Shown: positions 22,479 to 36,735 of the stretch, one piece after another
Layout: every line of letters begins with the position of its first letter
How positions within the stretch are numbered: the stretch's first letter is position 1
NCBI GenBank assembly: GCA_043228905.1
Contig: JBHGNT010000020.1
Coordinates: 3,348,001 to 3,412,000, forward strand
DNA: 64,000 nucleotides
From: Azolla caroliniana
Lineage: Eukaryota > Plantae > Polypodiophyta
Direction: 5' to 3'
Made by a program: the position numbers and the translations under genes
Notes under the pieces: generated by a model
What the model was told of the DNA's origin: nothing
Databases searched by the model: none
What the model saw: the letters and a program-made list of their open reading frames with translations, nothing else

Positions 22479-23861
22479 TATTGACAAATTATGTTTATTA
22501 GATACATAATCATGCTTTCTATTTTATGTTTTATAGGAACAACATTCAATGGAATCATCTTCTCAAACTCATGGAACAATGGATTCATCCTCAATTAATG
22601 TTTGCCATGGGCCAACAAGCACATCAGGAAAAAGGCAACGTACATCATGGACAGATGCTCACGTCATATCTTAGATGGATAATGGCACACCTCAATGACG
22701 ATTCCATGATTCTCATGTTTGTTGGTCTTCAACAACATCCACAGGTACTATAGCTAAGAATTTAGCAGAAAGGCATCATCTATCAAACGATCCAAATCAA
22801 AATTTAGGTATTTCAAATCCTATTCAATCTTCTATAGAGTCTTCTAAAGTATCTCGTCTTTTAGAGAAGCAAATTGATGGTGCCATCACAAAGTATATTG
22901 TCAAGGGAACATTGCCCCATGCACGTGTGGAGTTGTATGAATTTAAAGAGTTCATACAACAACTTGTACCTGGATATCAGATGAAGACAAGGCGCACGCT
23001 CAAACATTCCATCCTAGAAATGTATGTGGTGTTGCGCCATCAAGTGATAGATGTGTTATCGAAAAGCCAATCAAGATTTTCTATTACTTTTGATGGTTGG
23101 TCAGATAGCAGTCTAAAGGGCTTCTACTCGGTGACACTTCATTGGGCATGTCACGAGATAGCAAGATCAAGGTCAATGCTATTGGATTTTGTGCATGTAT
23201 TTCTAGGTATTGGATCAGGGAAACATTGTGCACATGCCCTCTTTTGTCGACTTCGATCTTTTGATATCTCAAGTCATTGATTAGCTACAATTTTTGATGG
23301 AGCTAGTGATGCACAAACGGTTGCCAAAGGGTTGAGAATGTTGTTACAAAATGAACATGGTAAGGAAATTTTGGCTCCCTCACATATGTTAAGGTGTATG
23401 GTGCATACTTTTCAGTTGGGCATCAAGTCAACATTAGAGGTTATCTCACCCTCAATAGAAAGGTTGAGAAAAATGCTCCATACTATTAGATCCATACTAT
23501 TAGATCTAGAAGTATGTGTCATGAACATCGACTCGAATGTGAACCTTAGGCCCTTGTATATATATTTCTCCTAGACAAACTTTAGACTTCAAACCTTTGT
23601 ATAAAGAGTGGTATGTAAGACCTAGTATGTAAGACCCAGTATGTAAAACTCGGCAAGTAAGACTCAGTATGTAAGACTTGGCATGAGCCTGCTTATCATG
23701 CATCACTACATGTATAAAAAGGGTTGATCTCCCTTGATAACATCAAGGAGATCAACACCAGTCATTGAATAGATATTTTTACTCATTGTCATCAACTTCT
23801 TGATCTCCCTATCTCATCAACTTCCCCATCTGTTTACCCCCAATTGTTCATCCGTGACAGA

Positions 23862-23872
23862 TTGATCTCCTT
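23862..23872 (+). promoter_or_regulatory. Self-priming PBS
   Basis: TTGATCTCCTT is the reverse complement of AAGGAGATCAA at 23745-23755, 32 nt after TATAAAAA (23713). Confidence 0.82.
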
Positions 23873-23899
23873 CTTTCCTTCTTTCTATCTTTCTCAATA

Positions 23900-26800
23900 C
23901 ACTATCATATCAGAATCATCTAGTAATCTTGAGCAAATTTTGGCAGTCAAGCAACAACTCCAACATGAAAATGCGAACTTGCAAAACTCTGTTCAAGAAC
24001 TTCAGGCAGCCACACCGGTTATACCTCACCCGATTGTTGAACCTTATGTTGTAGAACCCAATGTCAGCTTGCTAGAAAAATTCGATAGAACAAGGTCACG
24101 GCTAAGAGGTTTCATCAACCAAATCCGCCTTATTATTTGTCTTCAGCCCCGACGCTATTCTGATGACTTTCGACAAGTTGGGCTCATCGGCACGTTGCTG
24201 ACAGGACAAGCACAAGCTTGGTTTGCCCCTCTAGTGGAGACCTCTTCACCTCTCTTGAATGACTTCCAAGCATTTCTTACCGAATTTGAGGCAACTTTTG
24301 GGGAGACCGACAAACGACGAGCCGCACTCAACAAACTATATGCGTTACAACAAGGTGATTGTGTAGCATCAATCTATGCATCCAAATTTCGCCAGCTCGC
24401 GTGCGATGTTGAGTGGGACGGACAAGCCCTCCTCGATCAATTCCGCCGAGGATTACGAGGTGAGATAAAAAATCGTTTACTTAATTTTCCTAAGCCCATA
24501 TCTTTGAATGGGGCTATTTCCCAAGCTGTGCGCTACGATAATTGTCTCTTTGAGTTCCGGCAAGAGGAACCCCCTCACCGGATCCATCCACCTTGGCCCG
24601 CCGCTACGCGAAGTCACCTACCATGGTTGACGACATCGCCCCCCATGTCATCCTCCACTTCATCTTCAACTCCCGCCACGGATTCTAGCTCGCTAATGGA
24701 GATTGATTGAATTCACTATCGACCATTGACTAATGCGCAACGACAACATCGACGGGCCAACAATTTATGTCTCTATTGTGGCGGCCCTGACCATTTGATC
24801 CCTCTTGCCCAAAAAAGGGACCCCGTCAAACACCACATCGTGTGGATGGGGTTGACATTTTCGGTCAACAGGAAAACTCTAATGTCCAATTGCAGTAGGG
24901 GTTGTGCATCTGGACCACAAGAGTCGACAATTATGTCAAGGGCCCAATCAACCGACTTCCTCGACAACAAGTTTCACGATTCCAATCACTCTTCAGTTTG
25001 GCTCTACCACTTTGAAGACAAAAGCTTTGTTGGATTTTGGGGCTACGTCATGCTTTATTGACATCATGTTTGCACGGAAACACAACAATCCAAGCAACAA
25101 ATTAACCGCCCCGATTCCAGTTGAAGTGATCGACGGTCGAACGCTCTCTTCTGGTGCCATCACAAATACAACAATTCCCTTGGGTCTCCACATAGGAACC
25201 CACCAAGAAGAAATCACTTTTAACATCATCACATCACCTCGAAATCCTATCATCTTGGGGTTATCATAGCTCGAAACTCACAATCCAGTCGTGGATTGGC
25301 GATCTCGCTCCATCAATTTCACCTTGAATTTTCACTCACAAGGTATTACGTCCACCCTTCTTCGAGCCAATGCTCCGCCATTTGTTTGGCCGCCTACTCC
25401 GGCGAGGACTGTCTCAATGGTTGCTCCCACTCATGTTTTGGGGACAACTCCTGTTTCTGCTCCAATGAGACCCACATCAATGGTTGTTCAGATTCCAGTT
25501 TCTGCTCCAGTGAGGACCGCGTCAACGGTCGCTCCCACCCATGTTTCAAGGGAAACTCCCATTTCTGCTCCGGTGAGGACCAGGTTATCGGTCGCTCCCA
25601 TTTCCTCTTCAGCGAGAACCATGTCAGCAGTTGCTCCAATAGAAACAACATCGATAGTTAGTCCCGTGTCGGCCTCGGAAATAGTTCCAACTCTTGCTCG
25701 GGTAAGCGATACAATGTTGATTGCATCCATTTCTAATTCTAAGGACCTGGCGGTCATGTCCACTCTAGATACTACCCTATGTACTAGCTCTTTTCCATCA
25801 AAATACAATGATTTCTCTAATGTATTTGAGAAGAAAAATGTTGATCCCTTGCCCGAACATCCAATTGACTTGAAAGATGGTGCTTTTCCTCCATTTGGCC
25901 CTATCTATGGGTTATCTAAACTTGAACTCAAGACCCTCAAAATATACATTGAAGAGAATCTCGCAAAGGGATTCATTCGCCACTCAAAATCTCCAGTTGG
26001 CTCTCCTATTCTATTTGTCGAAAAGAAAGATGGAACGTTGTGCCTATGTATCGACTATCGCAGGCTCAATTGAGTCACAGTTTGAAACCACTATCCACTA
26101 CCTCTAATCCCCGAACTCCTCAACCGACTTCGGGCTGGGCGTATATTCTCCAAAATCGATCTCAAAGGCACCTACAACTTGGTGCGTATCAAGCCTAGAG
26201 ATAAGTGGAAAACGGCATTTCGAACCAGGTATGGGCATTTTGAATACATGGTAATGCCATTTGGTCTCACAAATGCTCCTGCCATTTTCCAGCATATGAT
26301 GAATGACATCTTCCGAGAATATCTAGACCAATTTGTGGTCATCTATCTCGACAACATACTTATCTTCTCACAGGACTACATAGAGCACACCAAGCACGTT
26401 CGACTTATCTTGACCAAACTTTGGGAACATGGACTTTATGTGAAACCCGAAAAGTGTGAGTTTGATTGAACCTCAGTTGAATTCCTCAGGTATGTCATTT
26501 CATCTGATGGTATCACTATGGATGAGAAGAAAGTCGAAACGGTTCAACAGTGGGAAGTCCCCACCAAGGTCAAGGATGTGTAATCATTTTTGGGTTTTGC
26601 TAACTTCTATCGTCGATTCATTCAAGGATTCTCTACATTGGCGCAACCACTTATAGCACTCACTTGGAAGGATTCCCCTTTTTGCTAGACTCCCACAACC
26701 CAACTAGCATTCGAGACACTAAAAAAAGCTTTTACCTCGGCTCTGGTACTTCTACACCCAGATCTGACCAAACCATTTACGATCGAAACTGATGCCTCTG

Positions 26801-28567
26801 ACTTCGCCATCAGTGCCATTCTCTCTCAATCAGATAACAATGGGATTCTTCATCATGTTGCCTTTTATTACTTCACCACTACTCCCATTTTGAACCGGAG
26901 GAAACCGCGACGGTCGACCTTCCTGGCTGACTATGACTTTTAAATTGTTTTTCGTCCTGGTGCCCAACATGGTAAAGCCGATGCCCTATCTCGGCGTTCG
27001 GAATTCAAAATTCGACCAGGAGATGAGACCTACAATCAACAATCACGGTGTCTCCTACAGCCACATCAGATTCAGCTCTTTGCAACTTATATGGGTGCAG
27101 ATGAATCATTACTCAATGCAATAGCCACAGATACTACCACCGACAAATTTGCAAACGAAATTAAGGATAATCGAGTCAACAAATCAATCATAAAGGAGGT
27201 ATGGAATAGTCAAGAACAATTTATGTTTCGAGATGGTTTTCTTTTTCAGAACAACTTAATGTATGTCCTAGATGGTCCTTGTCGTATCTGTATCATGAAG
27301 GAATGCCATGATGACACCCTAGCTGAACATTTTTTGTGTTGCAAAAACTTTGGAGTTAATTTCTAGAAGTTATTAGTGGCCACAACCTTGGAAACTTGTT
27401 AAACAATATGTGAAAACATGTGGTACATGTGCCCGCGCCAAAGCAGTACATCATCGTCCCTACGGTCTACTTCAACCTTTGCCAATTCCAAGTAGGCCAT
27501 GGGCCTCCATCTCGATGGATTTTATCACCGACCTTCCCGACATTGAGCGATTCAATTCAATATTAGTGGTGGTGGATAGATTCACAAAGATGGCACATTT
27601 TATTCCATGTTCTAAAGCAATTTCAGGGATGGAAACAGCAGATCTATTGTTAACAAATATTGTGCGCCTTCATGGTTTACCGGATGACATTATCTCTGAT
27701 CGTGATCCCCAATTTACGTCTCATTTCTGGAAGCGCCTCTTCTAGACTCTTGGAACTTCCACAAAATTTTCGACAGCCTTCCATCCTGAGACAGACAGCC
27801 AAACGGAACGAGTAAATCAGATCCTAGAGCAATATCTCCGATGTATGATAAGTTATCAACAAGATGATTGGATCAAATTTCTTCCAATGGCTGAGTTCGC
27901 CTACAACAATACTCTCCACACATCAACTAGTGTAACACCCTTCTTCACAAATTATGGATTCCACCCACGCTTTAGTATAGTTATCCCTACTAGTTCTGTG
28001 AATCCATCTGCTGAAGAACGAGCTCGTCTGATGAAAGAAGTGCATCATGACCTATTCCTAGAACTCTCAATTACTCAAGAACGACACAAAGAGAAGGTTG
28101 ATCAACATCGACGGGCTGCACCTGATTTTAAAGTCGGTGACATGGTATGGCTATTACGTCGGCATATTCTGACAACTCACCCATGCAACAAACTTGATTA
28201 CAAAAATTTGGGGCCATTCCGCATCATTGATAAAGTCAACACTGTGGCTTTCCATCTTGCTCTTCCATCACACTACCAAATTCACAATGTCTTCCATGCA
28301 TCACTTCTTGAGCTCAATCATTCATCCTCAATTCCAGGAAGAAGCATCGAGCCACCTCCCCCTGTGGCTTTGGCGACCGGGGATGAGTATGAAGTCGAGC
28401 CCATTCTGGACTCGCGCAAGTGCCGACGAAAGCTCCAGTATCTAGTATTGTGGAAAGGATATCCCATCTCTGAGGCTACATGGGAGCCCGCTAGAAATTT
28501 ACTAAATGCCCCAAAAGTGGTTCATGATTTTCATCTCCGATATCCTCACAAACCCGCACCTTCTTGA
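23900..28567 (+). pseudogene. gag-pol of chromovirus 2
   Basis: [65 protein letters not shown]. Confidence 0.93.
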
Positions 28568-28685
28568 AGTCGGCACTTAAGGGGAGGATAATGTCATGAA
28601 CATCGACTCGAATGTGAACCTTAGGCCCTTGTATATATATTTCTCCTAGACAAACTTTAGACTTCAAACCTTTGTATAAAGAGTG

Positions 28686-28805
28686 GTATGTAAGACCTAG
28701 TATGTAAGACTTAGTATGTAAGACCCAGTATGTAAGACTCAATATGTAAGACTTGGCATGCAAGAATTAGTATGCTTGATATTATAGTATGTAAGACTTG
28801 GCATG
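28686..28805. repeat. 14-bp tandem array (GTATGTAAGACYYA) in U3; 8 units here versus 5 in the 5' LTR (about 23611-23685)
   Basis: The extra 14+14+17 bp account for the 45-bp LTR length difference. Confidence 0.88.
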
Positions 28806-31530
28806 AGCATGCTTATCATGCATCAATACATGTATAAAAAGGGTTGATCTCCCTTGTTAACATCAAGGAGATCAACACCAGTCATGGAATAGATATTTTT
28901 ACTCATTGTCATCAACTTCTCGATCTCCCTATCTCATCAACTTCCCCATCTCTTTACCCCCAATTGTTCATCCGTGACAGTATGTTAGGATGGTTGAACA
29001 TCGTGAAAGGGAACCCCCAAGGCTTGATGTTGTTACAAGATGGAATTCTACTTTGGAAATGTTTAGGCAAGCTATCAAGGTTATAAATATATTGAATTTC
29101 ACAATCTAAAATCTAACAATTTCAAGTGATTTCAATGGTTAGGTCTTGACCGGAGAAGATTGGAATCACATACATGCTATGGAGGAATGGCTAGATACAT
29201 CTGCAAAGGTTTCTACCTTTCTAGGAGGATCAAGATATCCCACATTATCACTAGCATCACTAGCTTATAATTGTTTACTAAATCATTGTAATCAGTTTTA
29301 AGATTCTTCACTTCCAGGATCATCTAGATTCACAGAAGAGGTGCTTCAAAAAGCATCCAAGAACTACTTAAAATATTTAATTAAGTATCAAGAATCGTTA
29401 AAGTCTATTCCATCTCGCATTGCAATGTTTCTTGATACTAGGTAATACTTTCTGTTATGTCTTACAATTATCGTCATGCTTTCTAATATTTTATTTGAGT
29501 TTAATAATATTTTTCATTCCTTTATATATTGCCTGTTCCTAATGACCATATAAAAAGAGAGTTGGATATTAAGTTGGTTGAAGGCATGATTGAGTCCCAT
29601 TACCGCTCATTCACGGGTGGTGTTGAGCCACCTTCAACCACAATGCAATCAATTGATAATAACTCTAAATTTTGGAGGTTAATGGGTGTACATAATAAAA
29701 GTCTTGTTTTTTATTCACGATCAAAAATTGAGCAGTTCATAAGATTTCCTTTAGCTAGCACAGACAAAGATCCTTTACAATGGTGGCACTGATTTTGTTT
29801 TTATTTGATTCTTTAATTTTTTTATTACTAGTTACTTCTTTTAAATATTTTGTATTTCCAGGAATCCGTAATTCAAGCTAAGAGTAAACATTGGAAACTA
29901 AAAGAGGAGTGTTAGTTTATGTAGAGGTTTTTGACATTTTTCTTATATTGTTCACTTTGTTGTAGATAGTAGATACAAACTTAATGTAGACTTTAACTCT
30001 ACATGATCGATTGTTGGTCATAAGCTCTAGGATTTCATTCCAAAAAAAAATTTAGTTTTTTGTGTATTATCTAAACATTCTCCACAAAACTTTAATTTCA
30101 AAAAATGTGGTGTAAATTTCTGTTTATTATGATATTCTTCTTTAAAAGCATTGAAAATGTGTAAATTTCTGTTTTTCTTTCTCTGATTCATTTTGTTTAT
30201 TATTATTTATCTTTGGTTCTGTTTTTTATGTCTATCTAACCCCTACTTTTGTTTATTATGTCTAACTAATCTCTGGTTCTGTTTTAGATAAAGCATACAA
30301 ATCAATCTTGATACTATTTAGTGTTTATCATAACATGAAGAAGGCAAATAGCTTGATCTAACATTAAGCGTCACATGAGATAATCTTTTGTTATATGAAG
30401 TTTCAACTCTATAAAAACATTATGATGTTGCAATGTCTTTTGTTGCATTTTCTTAAAAGGGTGGAAGCATGCTATGGTGTACTAGAAAAGTGTTGTTTTT
30501 TGCCACAAAAAATGTCAGTCCTTTCGATAGTGTTAGTACAAATTAATTGAAAAAAAAAATAGAGAACAAAAAACGATTTTGGGGAGTGGGGTGAGTGTAG
30601 TACAAGTGACATTTAAGACAAGGAATGGGGGGAACATGTGAGGAGATGTTCTTTCCATTTTGGGGGTTATTTTCCCCTTACGTGGATTTGAATGTTTTTT
30701 TGCGCTTCCCCTCAAACCAACTTCTCTTCCTCTATCCCTCTGAGTTTCTTTGAGCTCTTCATCTCAAACATCCATGTCAAGTTTCTGGTTTTCCTCCAAA
30801 TCTCAGAGGTTTGTTACGCATGTATATCATTAGAGTTTAGGGACCCTATCCTAGATATGTGGGTGCTTCAATACTAAACATGTTTTAGGGTTTGAGTTGA
30901 GGATTAGAGACTGTTCTAAAGCCTCTTATAATAGCCAATAATGACTTCTTCAAGAACGATTTTCTTACTTCTTCCATCGATTGCAGTTTATCTCGCGGTG
31001 ATTTGAGGCTTTTTCCACCAAGGCGAGGATCCTTCCACCGAATCGAGTCAAAATATCACACAGATTCGAGACTCCCTCCACCGATTAGAGGTTCCTTCCA
31101 CCGATTTGAGGCATATTATTTCTGAAACATGAGGCATCATCCATTGATTTGAGGGTTTGTCCACCGATTAGAGCCACAATACGACATTCATCTTCGTCAC
31201 TTCTTCCACTCATTTGAAAGTATTACAATACTTGTTTGAGACTTCAACGATAATTGATTTATTTGGTAAGCATCCTTATTCTTAATTTTGACATTTTTAG
31301 AATTCTATAGTCTCATATTCGTAAATCTATTTTTTCATTTTCAATACTAAATTTTTTCATTTTCAGAAATCTATGAATAAAGAAATGATTAATTGTCATT
31401 TTTGAGTTGTAATTCTAATGTCCGAAACGAATGATTTCTCACTTTGCAGGCCGCATTTAAAAATATTTGACTGTGATTTCTTAGTGTAGTCTATATAACA
31501 TTAACTACTCTCGCAAGACACTTAATTTTT

Positions 31531-34500
31531 TTGGATACAACTAGTGACCAAATGGGGATCCCCAATGAGAGTGAGTTGTCAAGTAACTCATGTATATCTA
31601 AAAGGACCAAGAGACGAGTAGTTCTCCACATAGTCCGTTATTTGTTAGAAATAACAAAGAGATTTAGTGAAGAGGATCGTAGGGATATTATATGTAGCGT
31701 GTTACACCATCAATGTTTGAATAAAAACATGGGGAGAATAAAATTTAGGGACCAATGTGTTTCAGAAGAGATTGTAGAGTCTATAAAGTCATCCCTAGAC
31801 TTAGTGAAAGGTGTAGAGAGCATAGACAAACTTGCTGCAAAGCAGGCAGCCCTACACATGGTTGTGAACGGTGCGAGAGAAAAAAAATATAGTGAAACTA
31901 AAGTTGCCTTAGCCCTAGGTATTCAAAGAAGGAACTTGAGGAAACATCGTCCAAATATACACTCAAGCCAAATCAAGTGGTTGGGGTTGGGACGTAGACG
32001 ACAATGTGATGCCTTGTCTCAAGAGATTATTGAGAAAGTGGATTCATTTTGGGCAAAAAATACACATGTCTCACCAAATAAGAAGGATGTGTGTAGACAA
32101 TGAATAAGTCAGGGTAAGTACCAAATCCACCCTAGACACTTCTTGGAGATGACGGAGGTATTCCATTTTTTTATATCAATTCACTTTCCATAAATTTTTG
32201 TTTTGACCAAGTGTATATTAATGTTTGCTATATATTGGTTGATGTAGGCTAAATTGTACATGAACTTTAAAGACCAACATCCAAGCTTGACTGGTGGATT
32301 CCGCAAGTTCCAAGGTTTGAAACCATATTATGTTAGAAAATTAAATGAGAGGAATACATGTTGTTGTGTGTACCACGTGAAGATGGACATGTTAAGGCTT
32401 GGAGTGAATGCAATGCGTACTGATTCTAAGGGTATACATGGGGAATTATGTGTCTGCACTTGTGAGGTTTGTAGACCAAATGGGGAGGATAATAGGTGTA
32501 ATGCACGAAACATGACTTATTCATCCGGTTTTTAGTTATGGAGGTCTTGTTTTTCTGAAAAAGAACCATCATGTGAGTGGCATCGTCGTACGTGTCTTTT
32601 AAGAACATGTAAGGTTTGTCCGCTACCATTATTTTGTAGACAAGAGCTTGATTTGGGAAACAGTCATATTGTGAAATGGAAATATTTAGAGAATGTGACT
32701 GAAAATATTGTCAAGGGACTTGTAACTAAGCGTACCAAGGAAGTATATAAGGAGACATGTGTTGCTACCCTTGTCTTAGAATTTAAGAAACAACTTGGGG
32801 AGTTCATTCCACATAACTTCCGGAGTTATTGGTAAAATTCACAGTTCAAGGAATGTATTAATAACTTACCAACGGGTGTCATCGTATCTGTTATTGTCTC
32901 TAGGGTTTAGCTTTAACTGTCATTGGGTTTGGTCTGATGGTGCTACCTCACAGTTTAAGGTGGCACGATCGTTCTACTTTATCGCTAGGTAATTTTTAAT
33001 CTATATGTTTAGTACTTATAATGCAATGTCTAAGGAAGTAATTCTTGTGTTAGTGCTCATCCTTCACGTGAATCAGTACTACTTGTTGGGTTCAAAGTTT
33101 ACACCTTAATATGGTACTCCCTATTGTGTTTGTACTAATTGTCTACACACTAACTGTTTTAGTGTTCTTGCAAGACAAGTGGGTATTCTCCTATCATGTC
33201 ACCTCCAACTTGTGCATCAATACTATTTAATGTTTTCAGCTAAATAAAAAACTCTTCATAGACAACACAGTACTATTCAAATGGATGCATGCATACTAAT
33301 TATGTTTGTAACTATGTTAAGTGTTCTTGATTGATCACATAGTACTACCCTTTCATGTGAATCTGTGTTTATTATCTTTTAATCCATGTAGAGTGTTCTC
33401 CATAGACACATTGTACTATGTTGTATGTTGTATTTGTACTAAATCAGTATTTATTGAAGGATGTAAAGTACTCATCTTGTACTCATAGTATTGTCCGTTC
33501 TTAAGAGATTGTACTAATTATCTTTTAATCCATGTTGAGTGTTCTCCATGGACACATTGTATTGTACTGCGTGTTGTATCTATACTAAATCAGTATTTAT
33601 TGAAGGATGTAAATTTTGTCCATTCTTAAGAGTTTGTACTAATTATCTTTTAATCCATGTTGAGTGTTCTCCATGGACACATTGTATTGTATTGTGTGTT
33701 GTATCTCTACTAAATCGGTATTGATGGATGTAAAGTACTCGTCGTCAGCAACATAGTATTGTCCAATATTGAAGAGTTTGTACTAATTATCTTTTAATAT
33801 ATGTAGAGTGTTCTCCATGAACACATTGTACTAAGCTTTGTGTTGTATCCGTACTAAATTAGTATTAATGGATGCTAAGTATTGTTGGTTGACAACATAG
33901 TACTATTTATCTTTTAATCGGTGTAGAGTGTTCTCCATGGATACACTATGTTATGCTTTGTTTTGTATTTGTACTAAATTAGTATGAATGGATACAAAAG
34001 CAGGTACATCTCCCTATTCAACATTCCTATGCAATGGAACTACTTCGGGTCTAAACATGGAAAAGGAGAGCATGATGGCACGGGGGTTGTGATCAAACGT
34101 GGTCTTACAAGTGAGCAGTTGGATAATAATGGTGCTAAGTTACAAAATGCACATGATGTTGTGGAGTGGCTAACATGGAAGATGTCAAATGATGGTAAGA
34201 ATAGATTGTTTGTTGAGGTTTGCGCTAACGAAGTCGATAGAACTAAATCATATGGTTGTAAAACCGTGAAAGGCACACGCAGTACCCATTGTGTATTAGG
34301 GTTTAGCCGCAAGGACACAACACAATTGTTACTCCGTACTTTATCATGCTTTTGTTCCATATTTATAGATGAAGCTTGGGATGAATGCATCAACCTATAA
34401 TCATGGAGCCTTCGAAGCTGCAGAAGCTTGAGCTTGAACGACAAGATGATATTGAAGAGAATGCACATTCAAACGATATTGTATACTACAACCAACATCA

Positions 34501-34880
34501 AGACTTGGTAGTTTTATTGGAAGTTGGAGATCATTTTGCAGTGCTCAAATCTCCTTAAAATGAAGACTTCGAAGACTACTACATTGTTGTGTGCAAGCAA
34601 GGCAAGACATTATTGAAAGAAGTGGTGAGGGATGGTTGGGGCAACATGTTCAACGTTGGTGAGTCTGTCGTGTATGGAAACTATTATGCAAAGTTGCCGT
34701 AGTGCAAGAACACATATGCATTACTAAAAGATGCACCCACCGCAATAATCTACATTGCTACCATTATTGCGATCAAGTTCAATATGACTCAAGCAAAGCA
34801 CAAGGTTAAGGGATACAACACTATCTACAAGGTCCTCTAAGAGGTTCATGAGCACATATTAGGGGAGGTCTCTCTGTTTA
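31531..34880 (+). pseudogene. Sola2-like Cys-rich DDD transposase, intron-containing and defective
   Basis: VSPNKKD, LKPYYV..TCCCVYH, EWH...C....C..C, WSDGATSQFK, WNYFGSKHGKGEHDGTG; GT-AG introns 32158-32247 and 32989-34003 restore frame; stops and an apparent deletion after IVSVI at about 32896. Confidence 0.82.
33340..33995. repeat. About five 120-146-bp tandem units inside transposase intron 2
   Basis: GAGTGTTCTCCAT recurs at about 33391, 33537, 33662, 33806 and 33926. Confidence 0.88.
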
Positions 34881-35436
34881 ATGCTTGAAAGTTACCCTAT
34901 TAATACATTGTAGTTGGCAACTGAAAAACATCCGCTCATAGTTCACTATTTGTACATTGTATTTAGATCGGTTATTAATTTTGATGATTGACAAATGAAT
35001 CGATATATTTCGTCTTTCTTCTAAAGTGTTTAGAGTATTTATTGAGCTTGTTTTGTAAGTGTTCATGGTAATTATAGAGTTGCTTGTTTCTAGGGTTTAG
35101 GGTGTAAAGTCTTTATTCAAGTATTAATACTCAGTAGCATCAATATGGCCCAAACTTATTCAAGTATCAATACCAGTAGTCTAATTCCTATTGTGTTAAG
35201 TCTCTATTCAACTCTGACTATGTGCGCTCAAGGAGACCATACTTCGCAAGTATCAATATAACCCAAACTTATTACAATATACATAATAGTTTAGTACTAA
35301 TGTGAATGTCAAATGTTCACTAATACATAGTAGTCTCCCGAAGTATCTCAGTTAGACGGATACATACATCTTATTTTAGTACTAATATGAATGTCAAATG
35401 TTCCCTACTATACAGACAAAAGTATCTCATTTGAAA

Positions 35437-35840
35437 TCAACACAATCATGGTTGCATGACAATTGACAATAGAATACATTCTCATTCTCTACAATTAGAA
35501 ATATAGAATTTCACATTACGCTAACAACACTAGATGAGTGATCTAGTCTTCATAGCATTTCACATTAGCAATTTAGACAGTACTTTGGTATTACAAATAG
35601 TTCAAGTATAGACATCACTAAAAGTTCAATTGTAGTTCAACACAATCATGGTTGCATGACAATTGACAATAGAATACATTCTCATTCTGTACAATTGGCA
35701 ATATAGAATTTCCGATTACGTTAACAACACTATATGAGTGAACTGGAGTCAATACAACATTTCACATTAGCAATTTAGACAGTATTTTGGTATTACAAAT
35801 AGTTCAAGTACATGCATCACTAACAGTTCAGCTATAGTTC
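35437..35840. repeat. Two 200-bp tandem units between the convergent genes
   Basis: TCAACACAATCATGGTTGCATGACAATTGAC at 35437 and 35637. Confidence 0.88.
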
Positions 35841-36129
35841 AAGTACAATAGAAAGACAATCAGGCACCATTTCACAATTTCGCTGATCTTGTAATGCGCT
35901 TGTTATCGGTGCCAGTTTTTTGTGATTTTACATTCTTCTTTATCTTAAAGCCTTTAGGTATCAGCTTACTAAGTAGCACTTCATCATCAGAGGCATCAGA
36001 GACAGGCATGGATGTATGGGCACCTTGTACTAGTGGCAAGCTGAGAGAGCAACTGTGTTTTCTACAACTGCAATGGTTGTACACACATCCACAAAGGTAT
36101 TGTTGATAGTCAAATTATCACTCATCTTG

Positions 36130-36735
36130 TTCTCCACATGTTGTTGCTCCTGTATGTGGGCTGTGGTAGTACTCATGGTCAACTCCTGGCTAGTGATGAT
36201 AGTCATCTCATTCTTAAGACCATCGTGCTCCCCTTCATGGGTGGTCTCAGTACAATTAGGCTCCTGTATGTGGGCTATAGCAGTACTCATGGTGAACTCC
36301 TTTTGGCTGGTGATAGTCACCTCATTCTTAAGACCACTGTGATCCCCTTCTTGGGTGGTCTTTATTGCCCTATCATCATCGGTGATGCTAGTATACTCGT
36401 TCTTAGTACAATCAGGCTCCTGTATGTGGGTTGTGGCAGTACTCATGGTGAACTCCTCTTGTAGAGTGGTTGTCACCTCATTCTTAAGACCATTGTGCTC
36501 CCCTTCTTGGGTGATCTTTATTGCCCTATCATCATTGGTGATGCTAGTGTACTCGTTCTTAGTACAATCAGGCTCCTGTATGTGGGTTGTGGCAGTACTC
36601 ATGGTCAACTCCTCTTGTACGGTGGTGGTTGTCACCTCATTCTTAAGACAATCGTGCTCCCCTTCTTGGGTGGTCTTTATTTCCTGGTCCTCATGGGTGA
36701 TGCTAGTATGCTCGTTCTCAGTACAATCAGGCTAC
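36130..36735 (-). repeat. 156-bp (52-aa) coding-type tandem repeats with a 114-bp variant
   Basis: TMSTATTHIQEPDCT...EGEH.GLKNE repeated in ORF 36030-36635. Confidence 0.88.

Larger units (their letters stand above)
23517..28979 (+). mobile_element. Full-length but decayed chromovirus 2 (Tcn1/Tf1-like)
   Basis: LTRs at 23517-23859 (343 bp) and 28592-28979 (388 bp); TSD GTATG; PPT AAGGGGAGGA; gag, PR, RT, RH, IN and chromodomain fragments with many stops. Confidence 0.95.
22540..29792 (+). pseudogene. hAT transposase pseudogene split by chromovirus 2
   Basis: Catalytic D motif, C-x2-H motif, TRWNST and start of the dimerisation domain; multiple stops. Confidence 0.85.
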
